Source: Sphyrna mokarran (lineage: Eukaryota). From it: 64,000 nucleotides of DNA. This document shows, piece by piece, positions 24,913 to 38,461 of the stretch. Numbering within the stretch: the stretch's first letter is position 1; every line of letters starts with the position of its first letter. Location of the stretch: positions 77,562,001 through 77,626,000 of the forward strand of contig JAGIQG010000015.1 in the NCBI GenBank assembly GCA_024679065.1, written 5' to 3'. The notes under the pieces are model-generated. The model was not told the DNA's origin. It did not search any database and was given only the letters and a program-made list of their open reading frames with translations. A program made the position numbers and the translations under genes.

Positions 24913-27900
24913 TTTTTATTAGAAACACAAGCACATAACATCAGAACTAGAACATTCAGCAACGTAATGAAGTGATTGATTACACAAAAGAGTATTAGAA
25001 ACCTGGATTATTCCCCTCCTACCTATAGGCAGTGGGCTCTCGCTCAGTTGGCCCTGGGAAAAGAGAGATTGATAAGGTTTTTAATAGCTTAGGGCGTCAG
25101 GGGATTATGAAGCTACGTCTGGTAACGGGTGTTGAGGTGCAGATTGGCTGTGTGATCAACTTGAGTAATGGGGCGGGCTGAAGGGGGTGGGGGGGGGCGG
25201 TGGTGGAAGTAACTGTTCCTAATGCTCCAATTCCAAACCACGCCAGAACTGAGATGAAACTGTACGGCTAGCATCACGAGTCTGAGGTGTTGAAGGAGTA
25301 TGATTTTCTGGGTTAGTGTACCCGTGTGATTAGAACCTCTTCCGAGCCAGTGCTCATTGTCACAATCCTGGGAGTTCAGCGAGACTTTTTTTTAATGCCT
25401 TTCAGGCCAGGAACAACTGCTGACCTGTTCTAGTTGGCAACTTTTCAAGCATATTTTGCTCCCGGGGTACCATTGGATAGAATTGCCAGACAGATCAAGT
25501 CACTTTTAGATTCCTGCCATTATATATTTTCACTGCTCTTAAGATAATACTCTGCAGCAATTGCACAAAGTGTTGTATTTTGGAAGGAAAATAATCAACC
25601 CTGCTGTTGTTGGAAGGAAAAGGGGAGCGCAGAGTCTAAAAGGAATTTGAAATGCTTGCAGTTGTGTATCAGAGCACCTGGCGGTTTCACATGCAAGAGA
25701 ATATTTCAGAGTAATTGGTGACGACACTGATAGCTTGTAGCAAGCAAACATTTAAGCTGGGACAGCGTGTTTGGCAAAAAAAAGTGAAGATAAATTGAAT
25801 TAAAGAGGATTCCACAAAAAGGTCTGATGTTATCAAACCTGATCAACCACTCTGATAGAGGCTGTGGGTTGTGAATGTGTTAATTAAACCTTTCCTGAGC
25901 TTGAATGCTGCCCATAGATTTTCAACGTTCAGGTAGTGGAGGAACCACGAAATCAGATCATTTTTGGTCACAGGGGTTTTAATTTTTTGCGTAAGATTAC
26001 TAAGTTACTGCAGTTGGCTCTTTGAAGCCATGCACTGACTCCAGTTTAAATTGGCAACTGAACAGAGTTTCGGAGAAAGTGTGCAAATATTAATAACGAG
26101 TTTTGCTAGATACTTAGGGAACAAGCTGGGGACTAGTCACCTGTCTTCAGTGGTTAAGTCTAGTCACCAGTTCCTGATCCCATGTGTGCGAACATTTGGC
26201 CTCTGATAATAATGAATCAATAGAAGGAAAGAAACAATTTAATATTCAAAATGAAGAACTACTTGTCCAGTGCAAGGAAAAAGTTGGAAGCCACTCAATT
26301 TGTAACCTGGTTTACTTTCTGCCCTGATGTTTAACTACAGTTTAGAATTTGTTTTAGAATTTGTACCAGCTGGCATTGGACCCAGCTCCCTTCTTGGAAA
26401 CAAAAGATATTGAGAAATTTAGAACTTCAGTACTTCAAGGTTGTCCATTATCTTTTATCTTTTAGTCGGATATGAGAGTTCCATCAAAGTAGGTCAATTC
26501 CTTCTCTTTTCTCTAAATACTGAAAGATAAGTCATTTGTTTGATAGTCTCAGCTACAGGGGCTGCTGAAGCCTATAGGAGAATTCATGGTGGGATTGACA
26601 AGTCTAAAATATCGCCCCCTTTAGGATATTTCAGCTATTATCACTTTAACCTTGTCTAAACTTAGTGGATATGGAAAAGAACTAATTTATTGATATAATT
26701 TGATGACGCGGAGGACACACATTATAATCTTGATATCTGGTGTGGTTATGTAAATCTACTGTGTGTGACTTCAGTGAGTGGCGAAGAGGCCAATTTGAAT
26801 GGTGCTCATCAGTCATGTTTGTGACTCAGCACTGCCTCATTACATCACATTTATTCTTCTGCTCAAAAACCACGATGGCTGGGCAGATCATTCAGGCTAA
26901 CAGCAAGGAAGCTTCCTCTCTTAGTTTCAAAACCTCGGTTTCAATGACAGAGATTGGTGAGCGAGAGAGGGTCATAAACTAACATCAACTCCAGGAGTCT
27001 GGGTACCTCTGTTGATGAGAGTGACTCATCATCAGAATATATATATTTTTTTAAATGCCTTGTACAAATGTTGCTCATTCTTGAATTTCAGTGTGAATTA
27101 AAACAAGTTAGCACTTGGAGAGGAGTGTTTTTCACACAAATTGCAGGGGTGAATAATAGAGAAAGCACTGTACGCCACCAGTGTTGTAAGACTCTGAAAA
27201 TTTGAGTCAGTGGCCTTCGGGACAAACCTGACACACCAGCTCTACAACCAGTATCTGCTTTCATTTGTACTTTCTTGACAGTTAGGCTTTGTGACTTTTG
27301 CCTTGGGATTTGTGAGCAGTCTGACTGGTCTGTTGTTTCAACCCAACGCTATACCAGCAGGTACAAATATAGCTTCTGATCCCACTTTCATGTTGAACGC
27401 TTGTATTTAATTCTGCATTCGGAGCCTACAGTATGTTTTACAGTGGAGCAGTGAATAAATTCAGCCTCAATTCTGACGCGACGCAATTGTACATCTTTTG
27501 ATTAGGTTGTTGATGATCATTGCTAGCTGTGTAGATGTGTTCCTTGTATAGGAGATACTTAACAGAGACTCAGGCAGAGTGGGTGTTGAAAATGAAGTTT
27601 GAGTAGGGGCTGTTGGGCTTAGGAATGATGTTGGGTGTTATTGATCAAACAATTATCACTTTGTCCTGCCGCTGTTGCTGGCAAATAATAATTCAAAACT
27701 CTGCTGACACTCCAAGCTGCTCACTGTAATGACAGAGCAACAACTCTCTGTGGAGTCAATCAGTCCCATAATTGAGATATTTTCCACTCTGCCCCCTGAT
27801 TCACTGCTCTTATTCCAAATAACACTTGCAGGAGTACTTGGAGGTCAGGCAGTTCAGTTTATTGACCGGAACTGGTGGTTTTAAAAGTTTGTAAGGTACA

Positions 27901-28809
27901 AAAGAAAAGCAAGTACATTATTTACTGTTGCAAAATATGAAAGGCTACAATTAAAATAGAAACCATTCCCTGCGCTGCTGTTATGTACAAAGTTAAATCA
28001 TGCCTATCTCAAAATTAAATATAAGAATTGAGCACCATCCCAAAAATGTTGAACTCTGGATTTATTGTATTTAAATCTATTGATATAATCTTGAATCCAA
28101 TCGAGTAACTCAGCATGACTGAATGAATGATTGATTATTATTTTTAGCATTTATTATCATGGATGATTAATAGCAAAGTATCTTAGCCGCATCAGATTTA
28201 TCTATAAAGGAATGGTATACATTAAGTCATCCAAAATTATTTCAAGGAAACCTTCTATTGATGCCATACTGTGGAAGCTATGAGCTGAAGTGAGTGATGT
28301 ACATGGTAACATCTGGCAGTAGTGAAGAGGCTGATTTTCCTTCAGCGATATACATGTCAAGATATCAAATGTCAACATTTTTGGACTCGGGTTAATGGAG
28401 CTTCCCCTAGAATAGGGATCTTCATTCTGATTTGTTCCCGGGATCCTGAGAGATTCTTTTCCCCCTTCTGACTGACAGACAGACAAATATAAAATAACCT
28501 CTTTAATCCATGTTCTTTAGGTCTTATAGCCTTAATAAATAAAAAAGGAAAAATGTTCTTGACTGTGAATCAGGCTTGAGAGGTCAACGGAAAAATGAAG
28601 TATACTTCAGGCAAAATTTGCCATTGGGGAGAATTGAGCATTCTTTCATGGTATTGCAATGGATAGTGTGTGCAGGTTGGACTAGATGGTTGCCACAATA
28701 AGGCTCCTTTCATACAGGTGTGTTTATGCCCCAGGCGTGTTGGCCACAGTCCATTCAATGTACAGAAGTTAAATTGAACAATAACAACTGAATCTCGAAA
28801 GGTGAGCAT

Positions 28810-29090
28810 CAGAGGAGATGCCTAAGAGCTGTCTCCCAGCCAACGAAAGCCTGTTGCAGTTGTCAGAGCTTGTTGATGTTGCAGTGAACAGAGCAGTTTT
28901 GCACCAGATTTTGTGGTTCTGCCTTAGGAAAGAGAGCAAAATAGAACAGAAGAACAAAGTCCTGGTACATAAATCAGCAGCTGCTCTTTGCCAGATCAAA
29001 GCAGTGACATTCTCGCTCCTGGTCTGCATGTCCACTTCAGGTGGTTGATAGACAGTTACCAGCTGCCCAACTGAGCCATGACCATTTTTT
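28810..29090. promoter_or_regulatory. Candidate conserved intronic enhancer
   Basis: CATAAATCA (28968), AGATCAAAG (28993), GAACAAAG (28952), TGATAGACAG (29046) and two CAGCTG E-boxes. Confidence 0.5.
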
Positions 29091-30120
29091 TTGTTTGGAA
29101 TTAATAAGGAAACATCATGATTTGAAATGGTAAAAATGTTAAAGGAAAAGTGAAAGTATTAAGTTATGCTAATGCCTTTACTTTAAGGCCAAACCTTGGA
29201 GGAACTAAATTACCTCCTCTTCCTAATCATTCACTGAACTACATTGGAATTTTATCCGCTAATTTGTGCTTCTTGTGTTATTGAGCCAAGATGTAAGTGC
29301 TGTCCCATCAAATTCACCACTGGCGCAAAGATGTTTGGGTTTAAATTATTTTATTTTTGTTCACTTCTTAATGAATACCTACACTTTCCCATTCGGGACC
29401 TCATTTAATTTGTTGTATCTCTTACAACTGTAATTACTGTGTCTCATCCTTGTTTATTACGGTACAGGTTAAAAAATACATAACTTTCCCCGCACAAATG
29501 GTTATCTTTAACCACCAATAGGCTAAAGCAGAGTATTCTTAACCATTCCTATCAAACAATAAAGTACAGTTTGCTGGATTCCATCACATTTTAGTGCTGT
29601 ATCTGCAGTTTTGGAATATATTGTTAATTTTGAAATCGTATAAATAATTAACACAAAAGGCTGCGGCAACAGTTTAATTAACTGCGTTGCGGTGGTGTTA
29701 TACATGATGTTATTACATTTTGGAGCACTGAATGTTTATTAAATATAAGTCTGATTAATGCATTAGAACTGTAATCATCTACAAATTAAAATGTGAGTAC
29801 GTTTAAAATCGAAGTCATTGCAAAATTCAAAAGACATAAAAAGTAATTAACACATTTAATTAAAAGATCAATGAAATAATGCTCTTTTTAAGAAACGAAG
29901 GAACTTCCATAAGGCAGGGTGAATTTAGTTGATTAATTTAATTCATGAATATTACTTCTGGGAGATTCAAAATTACTTTATGAAGGAATTGTTGTACTTG
30001 AATATGAAGCTGAGAGGATGAATGAGCTTGAATTGATGAATTGTCCAATTTATAAAATTAAACATATTTATTCACAAACTTCTGTTTGAATATATCAATA
30101 TAGCTGTTGTTTAAAAACAG

Positions 30121-30295
30121 CGGGCGATATTTTCCAGCTTTGCAGCATGTGTTTCCCACCAGCGGGAGTAGTGCGTTGTTTGCTAGCGGTGGAATTCTCT
30201 GGTTCCACCCCTGTCAAAGGGAATCCCATTAATGTCACTCTAGCTGACAGGACACTCACAGGTGGGGGTGCGCTGCCGGTGGGACTGGAGAACGT
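30121..30295. mobile_element. MITE-like element (family 2), degenerate
   Basis: gggcgatattttccag left end; internal similarity to the 9726 and 20270 copies. Confidence 0.55.
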
Positions 30296-31276
30296 ATTGT
30301 CTCTGCATCAAATCTGTCCAACATCTCTCAAGTTAAACTTGTCCAGCTTAAAAATCAGGCGGTGACATCTTACCATTTGAAATATAGCAGGTCAGAGCAT
30401 CCTCCTGTCTGGCAAAGAGGTCACTCAATCCCATCCCAAATATTAGGGACAGAGATCCTTGAATAAAAACAAGATTCATTCTTGGCTGTTATGGTGTAAC
30501 AGAGGCACCTGCTGTGTAGAGTACAGCAAGGCCTGAAGATGAAGATATGAGATTACCCCATTGCGTTGGCAATAAATCCTGTTGTTGTTAGGGGGAGGTG
30601 ATCTGCATCAAATTCCAAAAATAAACCTGAGCTGCCTCCAAACAAATGTAGGTTGGGACAATCAGAGGTCCAGTGGGGTAGGATTCCCAGGTTAGCCAGA
30701 GAGCACACCCAGACATGGTGGGACTTAAGCAGGGCAGGCAAATGAAATGCACTTCACACCTCACCACTCTCTACCCCTACCCTGTACCACCAGAGAGATT
30801 TGCTTTTTCCTGAAGCAGCAACCCAATGATTTCGATCCCTTTTTCAATCTCTGGCAGAATCACATTGAAAAGTGGAGCCATTGCCTCATGACAAGAGTGT
30901 GATCCCTGGGTGTTGAATTACCTCCTTCAAATGACTATTCATGAATGGGTTTATCTAAGATAAAGGGTAACATTGCCAAGTCTAATCCTGTTCTCAGATG
31001 GGATCTTTGCCTATACTTACCAGGAATAATCACTGGATAACAATCAGAAGTGGAAACTCTGGTTATCTTGCTGACTAGATATCTTAGATGACCCCTTGAG
31101 CCACCAGGACCACAGGATTTTTTGTTCATCTAATATGATTTGCAATATGTTCATAATATGACATAATCAAACAGTGTCATTGTGTGCTGTCATATCATTC
31201 TTTCTCAACATTATTACTTGTTCGTTCACATTGTTCTCACTTCTTGCCACTCTTTTTCTCAATTACAAACAGAACA

Positions 31277-31575
31277 GGGCAGTGCAGTGGTTAGCACTGT
31301 TGCTTCACAATGCCAGGTAACCAGGTTCGATTCCCAGCTTGGGTCACTGTCTGTGTTCTTCCTGTGGCTGCGTTGGTTTCCTCCGGGTGCTCCAGTTTCC
31401 TCCCACAGTACAAAGATGTGCAGGTTAGGTGGATTGGCCGTACTAGATTGCTGTTTAGTGTCAAGGGGACTAGCTAGGGTAAATGCATGGGGTTATAGGG
31501 ATAGGGTCTTGGGATTGTGGTCAGTGCAGACTTGATGGGCCGAATGGCCTCCTTCTGAACTGTAGGGATTCTGTG
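31277..31575 (+). mobile_element. HE1-like V-SINE, tail type A
   Basis: gtggttagcactgttgc head, ggttcgattccc B-box, core, tail gatgggccgaatggcctccttctgaactgtagggattct. Confidence 0.9.
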
Positions 31576-31834
31576 AACATTGAATTCACATCTGTAAAAA
31601 AAAAATCTATAGCCAATAATGCATTTACATCACTCTTTTAAACACTTTCACAGGAGCTTTATAATATAGGAAAGTTGATAATTCATTATGTCATTGGATA
31701 AGTATATATTTTTTGATTTGATTTTATTTAACATTTATATTTGTAACTATAATTGGTTATATTGTATGCTGAGTAGGTGGATTATCATCAGGTAAATTCG
31801 ACAGCACAGGGTTCCATCTTCTGAGTGAAGTTAG

Positions 31835-32026
31835 GATGCTCCAGTTTCCTCCTACAGCCCAAAGATGTGCAGGTTAGGTGGATTGATCATGCTAAATTGT
31901 CCCTTAGTGTCTCAAGATGTATGGGGTAGATTTGTGGAGTTATTGCAATAGGGCCTGTGCTGGAGAGTTGGTGTAGTCTTGATGGGCTAAATAGCCTTCT
32001 CTTACACTTAGGGATCCTATGATTCT
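31835..32026 (+). mobile_element. V-SINE 3' part, tail type A
   Basis: gctccagtttcctcctacagcccaaagatgtgcaggttagg ... gggatcctatgattct. Confidence 0.8.
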
Positions 32027-32354
32027 AAGTTTAAATGTTTAAATGCTTTAAATACTTAGTTGGAAGTATCTCAATCTTGGGGTCACTTTACCTGTTTTCC
32101 AAATGTGTGTGATCACAAAATATAACTTCATTATCAATATTATTTCCATTAATCAAGTAGCATTATTACAAAATCTGTAAGGTTTTGAAATGTAATAGAT
32201 TCACACTACACCCCGCACGTAGCACAGACAAAAACTTGCTTAATTGTAGATTTGCATAAAAGAGGAGTGACTGTACCAGTACAAACAAGCTGGGACCTGA
32301 CCAGAATGTGTGAGTCATCTTCATTCCTGGATCAACATAAGCCAAGGGTATAAG

Positions 32355-32470
32355 AAGAAAGAACTTGCATTTATATAGCACCTTATCACATCTCTTGGGT
32401 CGTCCTAAAGTGCTGCATCCATTTTGGATTACTTTGAAGTCACTCTGTTCGTAAATGCAGCAGAGATCAT
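32355..32470 (-). mobile_element. Old SINE/L2-type 3' tail fragment
   Basis: aagaaagaacttgcatttatatagcacctt terminus, as at 21278. Confidence 0.55.
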
Positions 32471-33555
32471 TGGAAATACCAGGATCATTAACAGATTCAG
32501 AATGTTGTTCTGGACACATATTGCTCTCACTAAGTGTGTCATCTCCTTGTATTCCCACGATGTACAACTTTGCCTCTCACAGGGCGCTTGCGAATCTGTG
32601 GTGATCTTTTAAAGCAACTTACATTATGAAAATAATTACTGCAAGCAACTCTGTGACGGATAATAGCCCATAGCTGTAATTCTGTCAACCTGGTGCCTGA
32701 GATTCTACCTCGGGGACTTTATGAGATGAGAGTAGTGCATCACAACCTTCTAAAGGCAAACTTGAAGATTACCACTTTTAACACAGTGGTCACACAGACA
32801 TGACACTTATCAAGGGAGATGAGTTATGATACAGTCGCAGGAGCAGAACAATATCCACCAACTCTGCTGCGGGGGGCGGGGCGGGGGGGGGGTGCGGTAG
32901 GCGGCAGTGGTGATAGGGTGGGATCAGGATCTTGCACCAAGCATGAGTATAGCAGAGATTAAGTTTTGCTGTTTCACAAACCCGCTGAAGTGGAATGCAG
33001 TCCCTATCGTCAGAGGGTCTGGTGTTTTTTTAATTCATTCCTGAGATGTGGGTTTTGTTGGCAAGAGCAGCATTGTTGCCCATTGCTGGTTGCCCTGCAG
33101 TGCGTAATATCATGAACTATATGGCTAGTTCCGTGGCACTGTCCTTGGCACTGCATCACAATGTTTCTGTGTCTGAGCACTGATCCAGAATTTTCCGAAT
33201 GATGCAAATCTCTTGTGTAAGAACCTGGATATTGCAAGCCTAGTGTTTAACCCGTGTGAGAGGCAACATGCGTACAGTCATTAACAAGAAGGAAGCATTA
33301 CCCTTATTACAACAGGTCTGTTTTTACTATTGACGGAATCGAATCATTTTTCAAAACCTCTTTGGCCAGAGAATGCATGCAGGGATTTCTGCAGTTTCTT
33401 CATCCTGCGATAGAAATTTTGGTGAAAACTAAATTACAACTCTTTGGAGGTTAAATTGACATTCTACAAAATCTGTACTTAAGTCTGATTTTGCTTAATC
33501 AAGTGTATAATATCTTACATTTATATGGCACCTTTCACATCAAAATATCATTGAA

Positions 33556-33760
33556 TCACTACAGTACAGAAAGAGGCCTTTAAGCCCATCAGGCTTGTAA
33601 TGACAACAATCCTTATCCTTTTGGCCCCACGTATTTATCCGCTCATCCCCCTGACACTAAGGGGCAATTTAACATGGCACATTTTTGGAATGTGGGAGGA
33701 AACTGGAGCATCCAGTGAAAACCAGTGCAGACACAGAATGAATGTGCAGACTTCACACAA
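33556..33760 (-). mobile_element. V-SINE 3' part, tail type A
   Basis: ctacagtacagaaagaggcc...tgtgggaggaaactggagca. Confidence 0.8.
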
Positions 33761-33819
33761 GTATCTATGTCTCTAGGGAGAACACTTATTCAATAATGAT
33801 TACTGTATCAAAATGCTTA

Positions 33820-34612
33820 GGTTGAATATGGAAGAGGGAAATCAGGAGGGCAAAAGGCGGGTATGAGCTGGATCTGGCGGGTAAGTTTAAAGAAAATCCC
33901 AAGAGGCTCTATAGGTAGATGAAGAGTAAAAGGATGTGTAGAGAGAGAATGGATTCCCTTAAAAATCAGCATGACTGACTGTGTGTGGAACTACAGGAGA
34001 TGGGTGGAATTTTTAATGAATATTTCTTCTCGGTGTCTATTGAGGAGAAAATCATGGGTGCTGAAGAAATCAGGGAAATGAGCGATGATGTCTTGGGCCA
34101 CGGGCATATTATTAGGGAGGAGGTATCTGCAGCCTTACAGTGCACTAAGGTGGATAAATTCCCGGGGCCCGACCAAGTGCATCCTTGGATCTTGTGGGAG
34201 GCTAGGGAAGAAATTGCAGAAGCCCTTGCAGAGAACTTTGCTTCATCTCTTCCTCCTGGCAAAAGTTCCAAAAGGTTGGAGGGTGACTATTGTTTAAGAA
34301 GGGTGGCAAAGACAAGCCAGGGAATTATAGGCTGGTGAGCCTGACATGAGTGGTGGGAAAGTTAGGGGATTCTGAGAAGCAGAATATACCAATATTTGGA
34401 TAGTTAAGGTCTGATTAGCAATAGTCAGCATGGTTTTGTCCATGGGAGATCCATGTCTGATGATCTTTGAGTTTTTCAAAGAGGTAACCAAGAGGATGGA
34501 TGAGGTGTATGTAATCTTCCAAAAACATTTGATAGAAGTGCGACATAACAAGCTTGCAGCCAAGAGAAAGCGCTTGGAATGAAAAGGACAGTAGCAGCAG
34601 GGATGCAGCATT
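33820..34612 (+). mobile_element. CR1 LINE ORF2 fragment (tether plus start of reverse transcriptase), pseudogenised
   Basis: Reads KREIRRAK...KENPKRLY, FNEYFFSV, KVDKFPGPDQVHPWILWEAREEIAEALA and FKKGGKDKPGNYRLVSL, with stops and frameshifts (ORF track 33985..34338). Confidence 0.9.
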
Positions 34613-34867
34613 CCAAAATCAAAATCCAGGATCTTTGACCTCGGCTGAGGTTATTGTTGTGTGTCCTCTTGGCAGTCTCAACCTCGTGAATCCTCTTGGG
34701 ATCTTCAGTGCATTTTGATGTTTGTACAGCTTTGTAAAGCGTCTCGTACAGTTAACATAGAAAGCAATGGGCAGAAATTGCTGGACGTTGATCACTCCAG
34801 TGGGGGCACCCTGCTCCACATGGTTGGTCTATAGTTTGGTTGGGGTGTCACTTCCCTTGGCATGGAG

Positions 34868-35166
34868 TTTTATTTATTAGTATCACAAGTAAGGCTTACA
34901 TTCACATTGCAATGAGTTACTGTGAAAATCCTCTAGTTGCCACACTCTGGCGCCTGTTCGGGTACACTGAGGGAAAATTTAGCACAGTCAATGCACCCTA
35001 ACCAGAACATCATTCAGACTGCTGGAGAAAACTGAAGCACCCGGAGGAAACCCAGACAGACATGGGGAGAATGTGCAGACTCTTGACAGATAGTGACCCA
35101 AGCCAGGAATTGAGCCCAGGTCCGTGGTGCTGTGAGACAGCAGTACTAACCACTGTACCACCCACA
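34868..35166 (-). mobile_element. V-SINE, tail type B
   Basis: tttatttattagtatcacaagtaaggcttacatt tail (reverse complement), then core and head. Confidence 0.88.
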
Positions 35167-35614
35167 GAGCTACTCTGTTTCTGTGTCGTTTCACTAACTG
35201 GATGTTTGGGGTTTATTTTGTACTGCAGTTTGCTTTCTCCCCTTTCACCTGGATTTGTGCTGCAAGTGAATTTCAGATTGTCTGACTATCTGGTTGATTT
35301 TCTGGAGGGTCAGACCATCCTTTGCTTGCAGCATGTCTGAGAGAGTATTGTCCATCACCATTCTATCCCTGAGATTTCAGATCACTGCAATTACAGCCTT
35401 CAGCAAGTCCAAACAGTTCATTTATGAAGGAGTCGACGGGTTCTCCTGGCTGCTGGAAATGTTTATTGAATTTAACCCTTACAGGGATTCTGTTACTTCT
35501 GAATGACAAATGATTTTAAAACATCATTAAATCTTGAGGATGATTCAGTGACTCTAGATATGAAATCACTGGTTATCAAGCTGAAGGGCGCAGTGCATTA
35601 ACTACTGTGGCACT

Positions 35615-35928
35615 GTGGGTGGCAGAATGGTTAGCTCGCCTGCCTCAGCACCTGGGACCCACATTCGATTCCGGCCTCGTGTCACTGTCAGACATGGAGT
35701 GTACACATTCTCCCAATGTCTGTGTGGATTCCCTCTGGATGCTCCAGTTTCCTCCCACAGTCCAAAAATATGCTGGTTAGGTTGATTGGCCATGCTAAAT
35801 TGACCTTAGTATAAGGGAGATTAGCAGAGTAAATCTGTGGTGTTACAGGAATAAGATCAGGATGGGATTGTGGCCAGTGCAGACTCGATGCTGAATGCCC
35901 TCCTTCTGCACTGTAGGGTTTCTGTGAA
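35615..35928 (+). mobile_element. HE1-like V-SINE, tail type A
   Basis: Degenerate head, core cctcccacagtccaaaa...ggttaggttgattggccatgctaaatt, tail ccttctgcactgtagggtttctgtga. Confidence 0.85.
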
Positions 35929-36384
35929 CTCATTTATCTCTGTCTTTTTATTTAACCTGAAGCAACCCTGTATCTAAGGAATTCCTTTCTTCAAAGTCGA
36001 GTATTGTGATTGTTCTGGAAGAGTCGATTTCTGGTCCATGGTTAAAATGCTTAAAGTACAGGTTCAATGTTAAATGGTTTCTAAAACTCCCAGATGGTGA
36101 CACTGCACAAAGGATTTTACAGTGCTTGATAGTTTTGGCAGGCTCCCACGGTCATGGCATTTTATCTCAACATTTAAATATTTTCAATCCTGTCTGTCTG
36201 GATTGATTGGTCGGAGTCTTACCTGCTCTGCTACAATAATCCCAGGTGCTGGAAGCTTCCAATCCCAGATTTTCCTACACTTTTAAATCCATGCTTATTT
36301 GTTGTTAATTTTTAATACACTTTTTTTTATCTATGTTTGGCAGTCGGTGTTTCAGCTGCCAACTTGGAAATCGGGTCTTCCAGA

Positions 36385-36525
36385 CTGTCACCAGAATTCT
36401 CCGACCCTTCATGCCCCATCACTGCTGCTGGCAAGAGTGGAGAATTTGGCACTCAGCCAAATCTCCATTCATGGCAGTGGAACTGGAGAATCTCAGTTCT
36501 GGGCAAGGTCAGAGAATCCAACCGT
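36385..36525. mobile_element. MITE-like element (family 1)
   Basis: agaattctccgacc ... ggcactcagccaaatctccattc ... ggtcagagaatcc. Confidence 0.65.
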
Positions 36526-37096
36526 GGGACTTAAACAGAATTTCTAACCACTTAAGTATTTAATTTTTTTCAGGACTGGCAGGAATTTTAAATGTTTAGC
36601 TAACCCCTCATTGGTTTGTTGAGTTTGCACATTCTGGGTATTGAAACTGGACTTCAGAATGATTCTGCTGCAATGAGAAATTTAATTTCTGCCTTCAGCT
36701 TCCAAGCCTTTCTTTTGTGTTTTTCTCTGGTGATTTATTTCTGCGCCTTTGCTTCATCAGCTTTTCTCCAGAATTTTAATTTTCTTCTGCAGTTTCTTTG
36801 AGGTTTGAATTGTTCCATTCACTGCCACCATGTTGTAAAGTGTCGGGTGGGTCTTTCTCAGCTATTTGTAGCCTTAGGTAGTATAACAGTAAGTATTTAT
36901 TGATCACTAGAAACTGTATACATCAATACAGTAAAAGATTCACCTTAGAAGCTGTCTGCACGCTTGCTTGTGCAACACTACACTGCACTACATGTGCAAA
37001 TCATGTGTCTGTATCACTTTGTGGTGGCACTGGACCCAGTCCCATGTTAACCCATTATGTGCCAGATCGTTATGCTATAGCTATTGAAAGAGAAAT

Positions 37097-37293
37097 AAGT
37101 TTAAGTTTATTTATTGGTGTCACAAGTATGTTTATATTAACGCTGCAATGAAGTTACTGTGAAAAGCCCCTATTTGCCACTCTTTGGTGCCTGTTCAGGT
37201 ACACAGAGGAAGAATTTAATATGGCCAATGCTAAACCTAACCAGCAAGTCTTTTGGATTGTGGGAGGAAACTGGAGCATCAGAAAGAAACCCA
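37097..37293 (-). mobile_element. V-SINE 3' part, tail type B
   Basis: aagtttaagtttatttattggtgtcacaagt...gcaatgaagttactgtgaaaa...gtgggaggaaactggagca. Confidence 0.85.
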
Positions 37294-37737
37294 AGGGAAT
37301 AAGATTGCAGGGCGCCAAAGGGGTGGGGACGCAGCTGGGATGAACAGAAGTGCTCTTGAAGAGTGCGAGCACAAATGGCCAGCACCCCTACTGTAACCAT
37401 TCTGTGATTCAACATGGAAGTGGGTGGTGTTGTCAATGGAAAGAATTATCTGGTCAAAAGCTCATCTCAGTGTCAAATGTGACACCAAGGTGGTAAACAG
37501 TTTGAAACTGAAACTTAACGTCAAATATAAAGTAAACCCAAATGTTTCAGCGGCAGATATCTGAGGAAGTTCTGGGGAATGGGGAACCCTCTTCACCATT
37601 GATGTACCTTCAACCCATTTCAATTGATACACTTTACCCATGTCTCCATCTGCTGAGTGGAGATGAGAGAGGAGTGATATTATTGCAACACCTTACCATA
37701 ACTAATTGTTTATTTTCCCCCAGTGGTAGTCACTCTG

Positions 37738-38150
37738 TCTTTGATTTGATTTATTATTGTCACATGTATTAGTATACATTGAAAGTATTGTTTCTTGCAT
37801 GCTGTACAGACAAAACGTATTATTCATAGAGAAGGAAAGGAGAGAGTGCAGAATGTAGAGTTACAGTGGTAGCTAGGGAAAGGTCAACTTAATGCAAGGG
37901 AATTCCATTCAAAAGCCTAACTGCAGCAGGAAAGAAGCTGTTCTTGAATCGCTTGGTACGTGACCCCAGAATTTTGTATTTTTTACCCAACAGAAGAAGG
38001 TGGAAGAGTGTCTGGGGTGTGGAGTCCTGAATTATGCTGGCTGCTTTTCTGAGGAAGCAGGAAGTTAGATGGAGCTAATGGATGGGAGATTGATTTGCAT
38101 AATGAACTGGATTATGTTCATAACCCTTTGTGATTTCTTGCGGTCTTAGA
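37738..38150 (-). mobile_element. Rex1/Babar-type LINE 3' end with ORF2 C-terminus remnant
   Basis: Minus strand reads DRKKSQRVMN...LPSI and FHLLLLGKKYKILGSRTKRFKNSFFPAAVRLLNG, the Rex1/Babar C-terminal motif; (aatca)n tail. Confidence 0.85.
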
Positions 38151-38461
38151 CAGTAATTTACATTGAGGAATTAGTCAATTGTACCTTCACCAACCAGTGT
38201 AAACCACTGGTATCCAGGATGTCTACTTCATATATAACAGTAGGATATGTAGAAGATGTCATTGTCTCACTTGTTCCATTATTATTGTATAATATAATAT
38301 AAAACCCAGACACAAAATGGATGCAATAAGAATGGTGCAAGAGCCCAGTGTGATCAAACCCTGTGCAAATTCCATTACAGGCCAACCTAGAAACGCGATT
38401 CATACCTTTGACCCCTGAATTTTCACCCTGATTATGTCTTCAATGTTAATAGCAGGATGGG

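Noticed and set aside
33966-34611. Host protein-coding gene or active LINE
   Set aside because: It is a CR1 ORF2 fragment with stops and frameshifts, lacking the endonuclease and the RT catalytic core.
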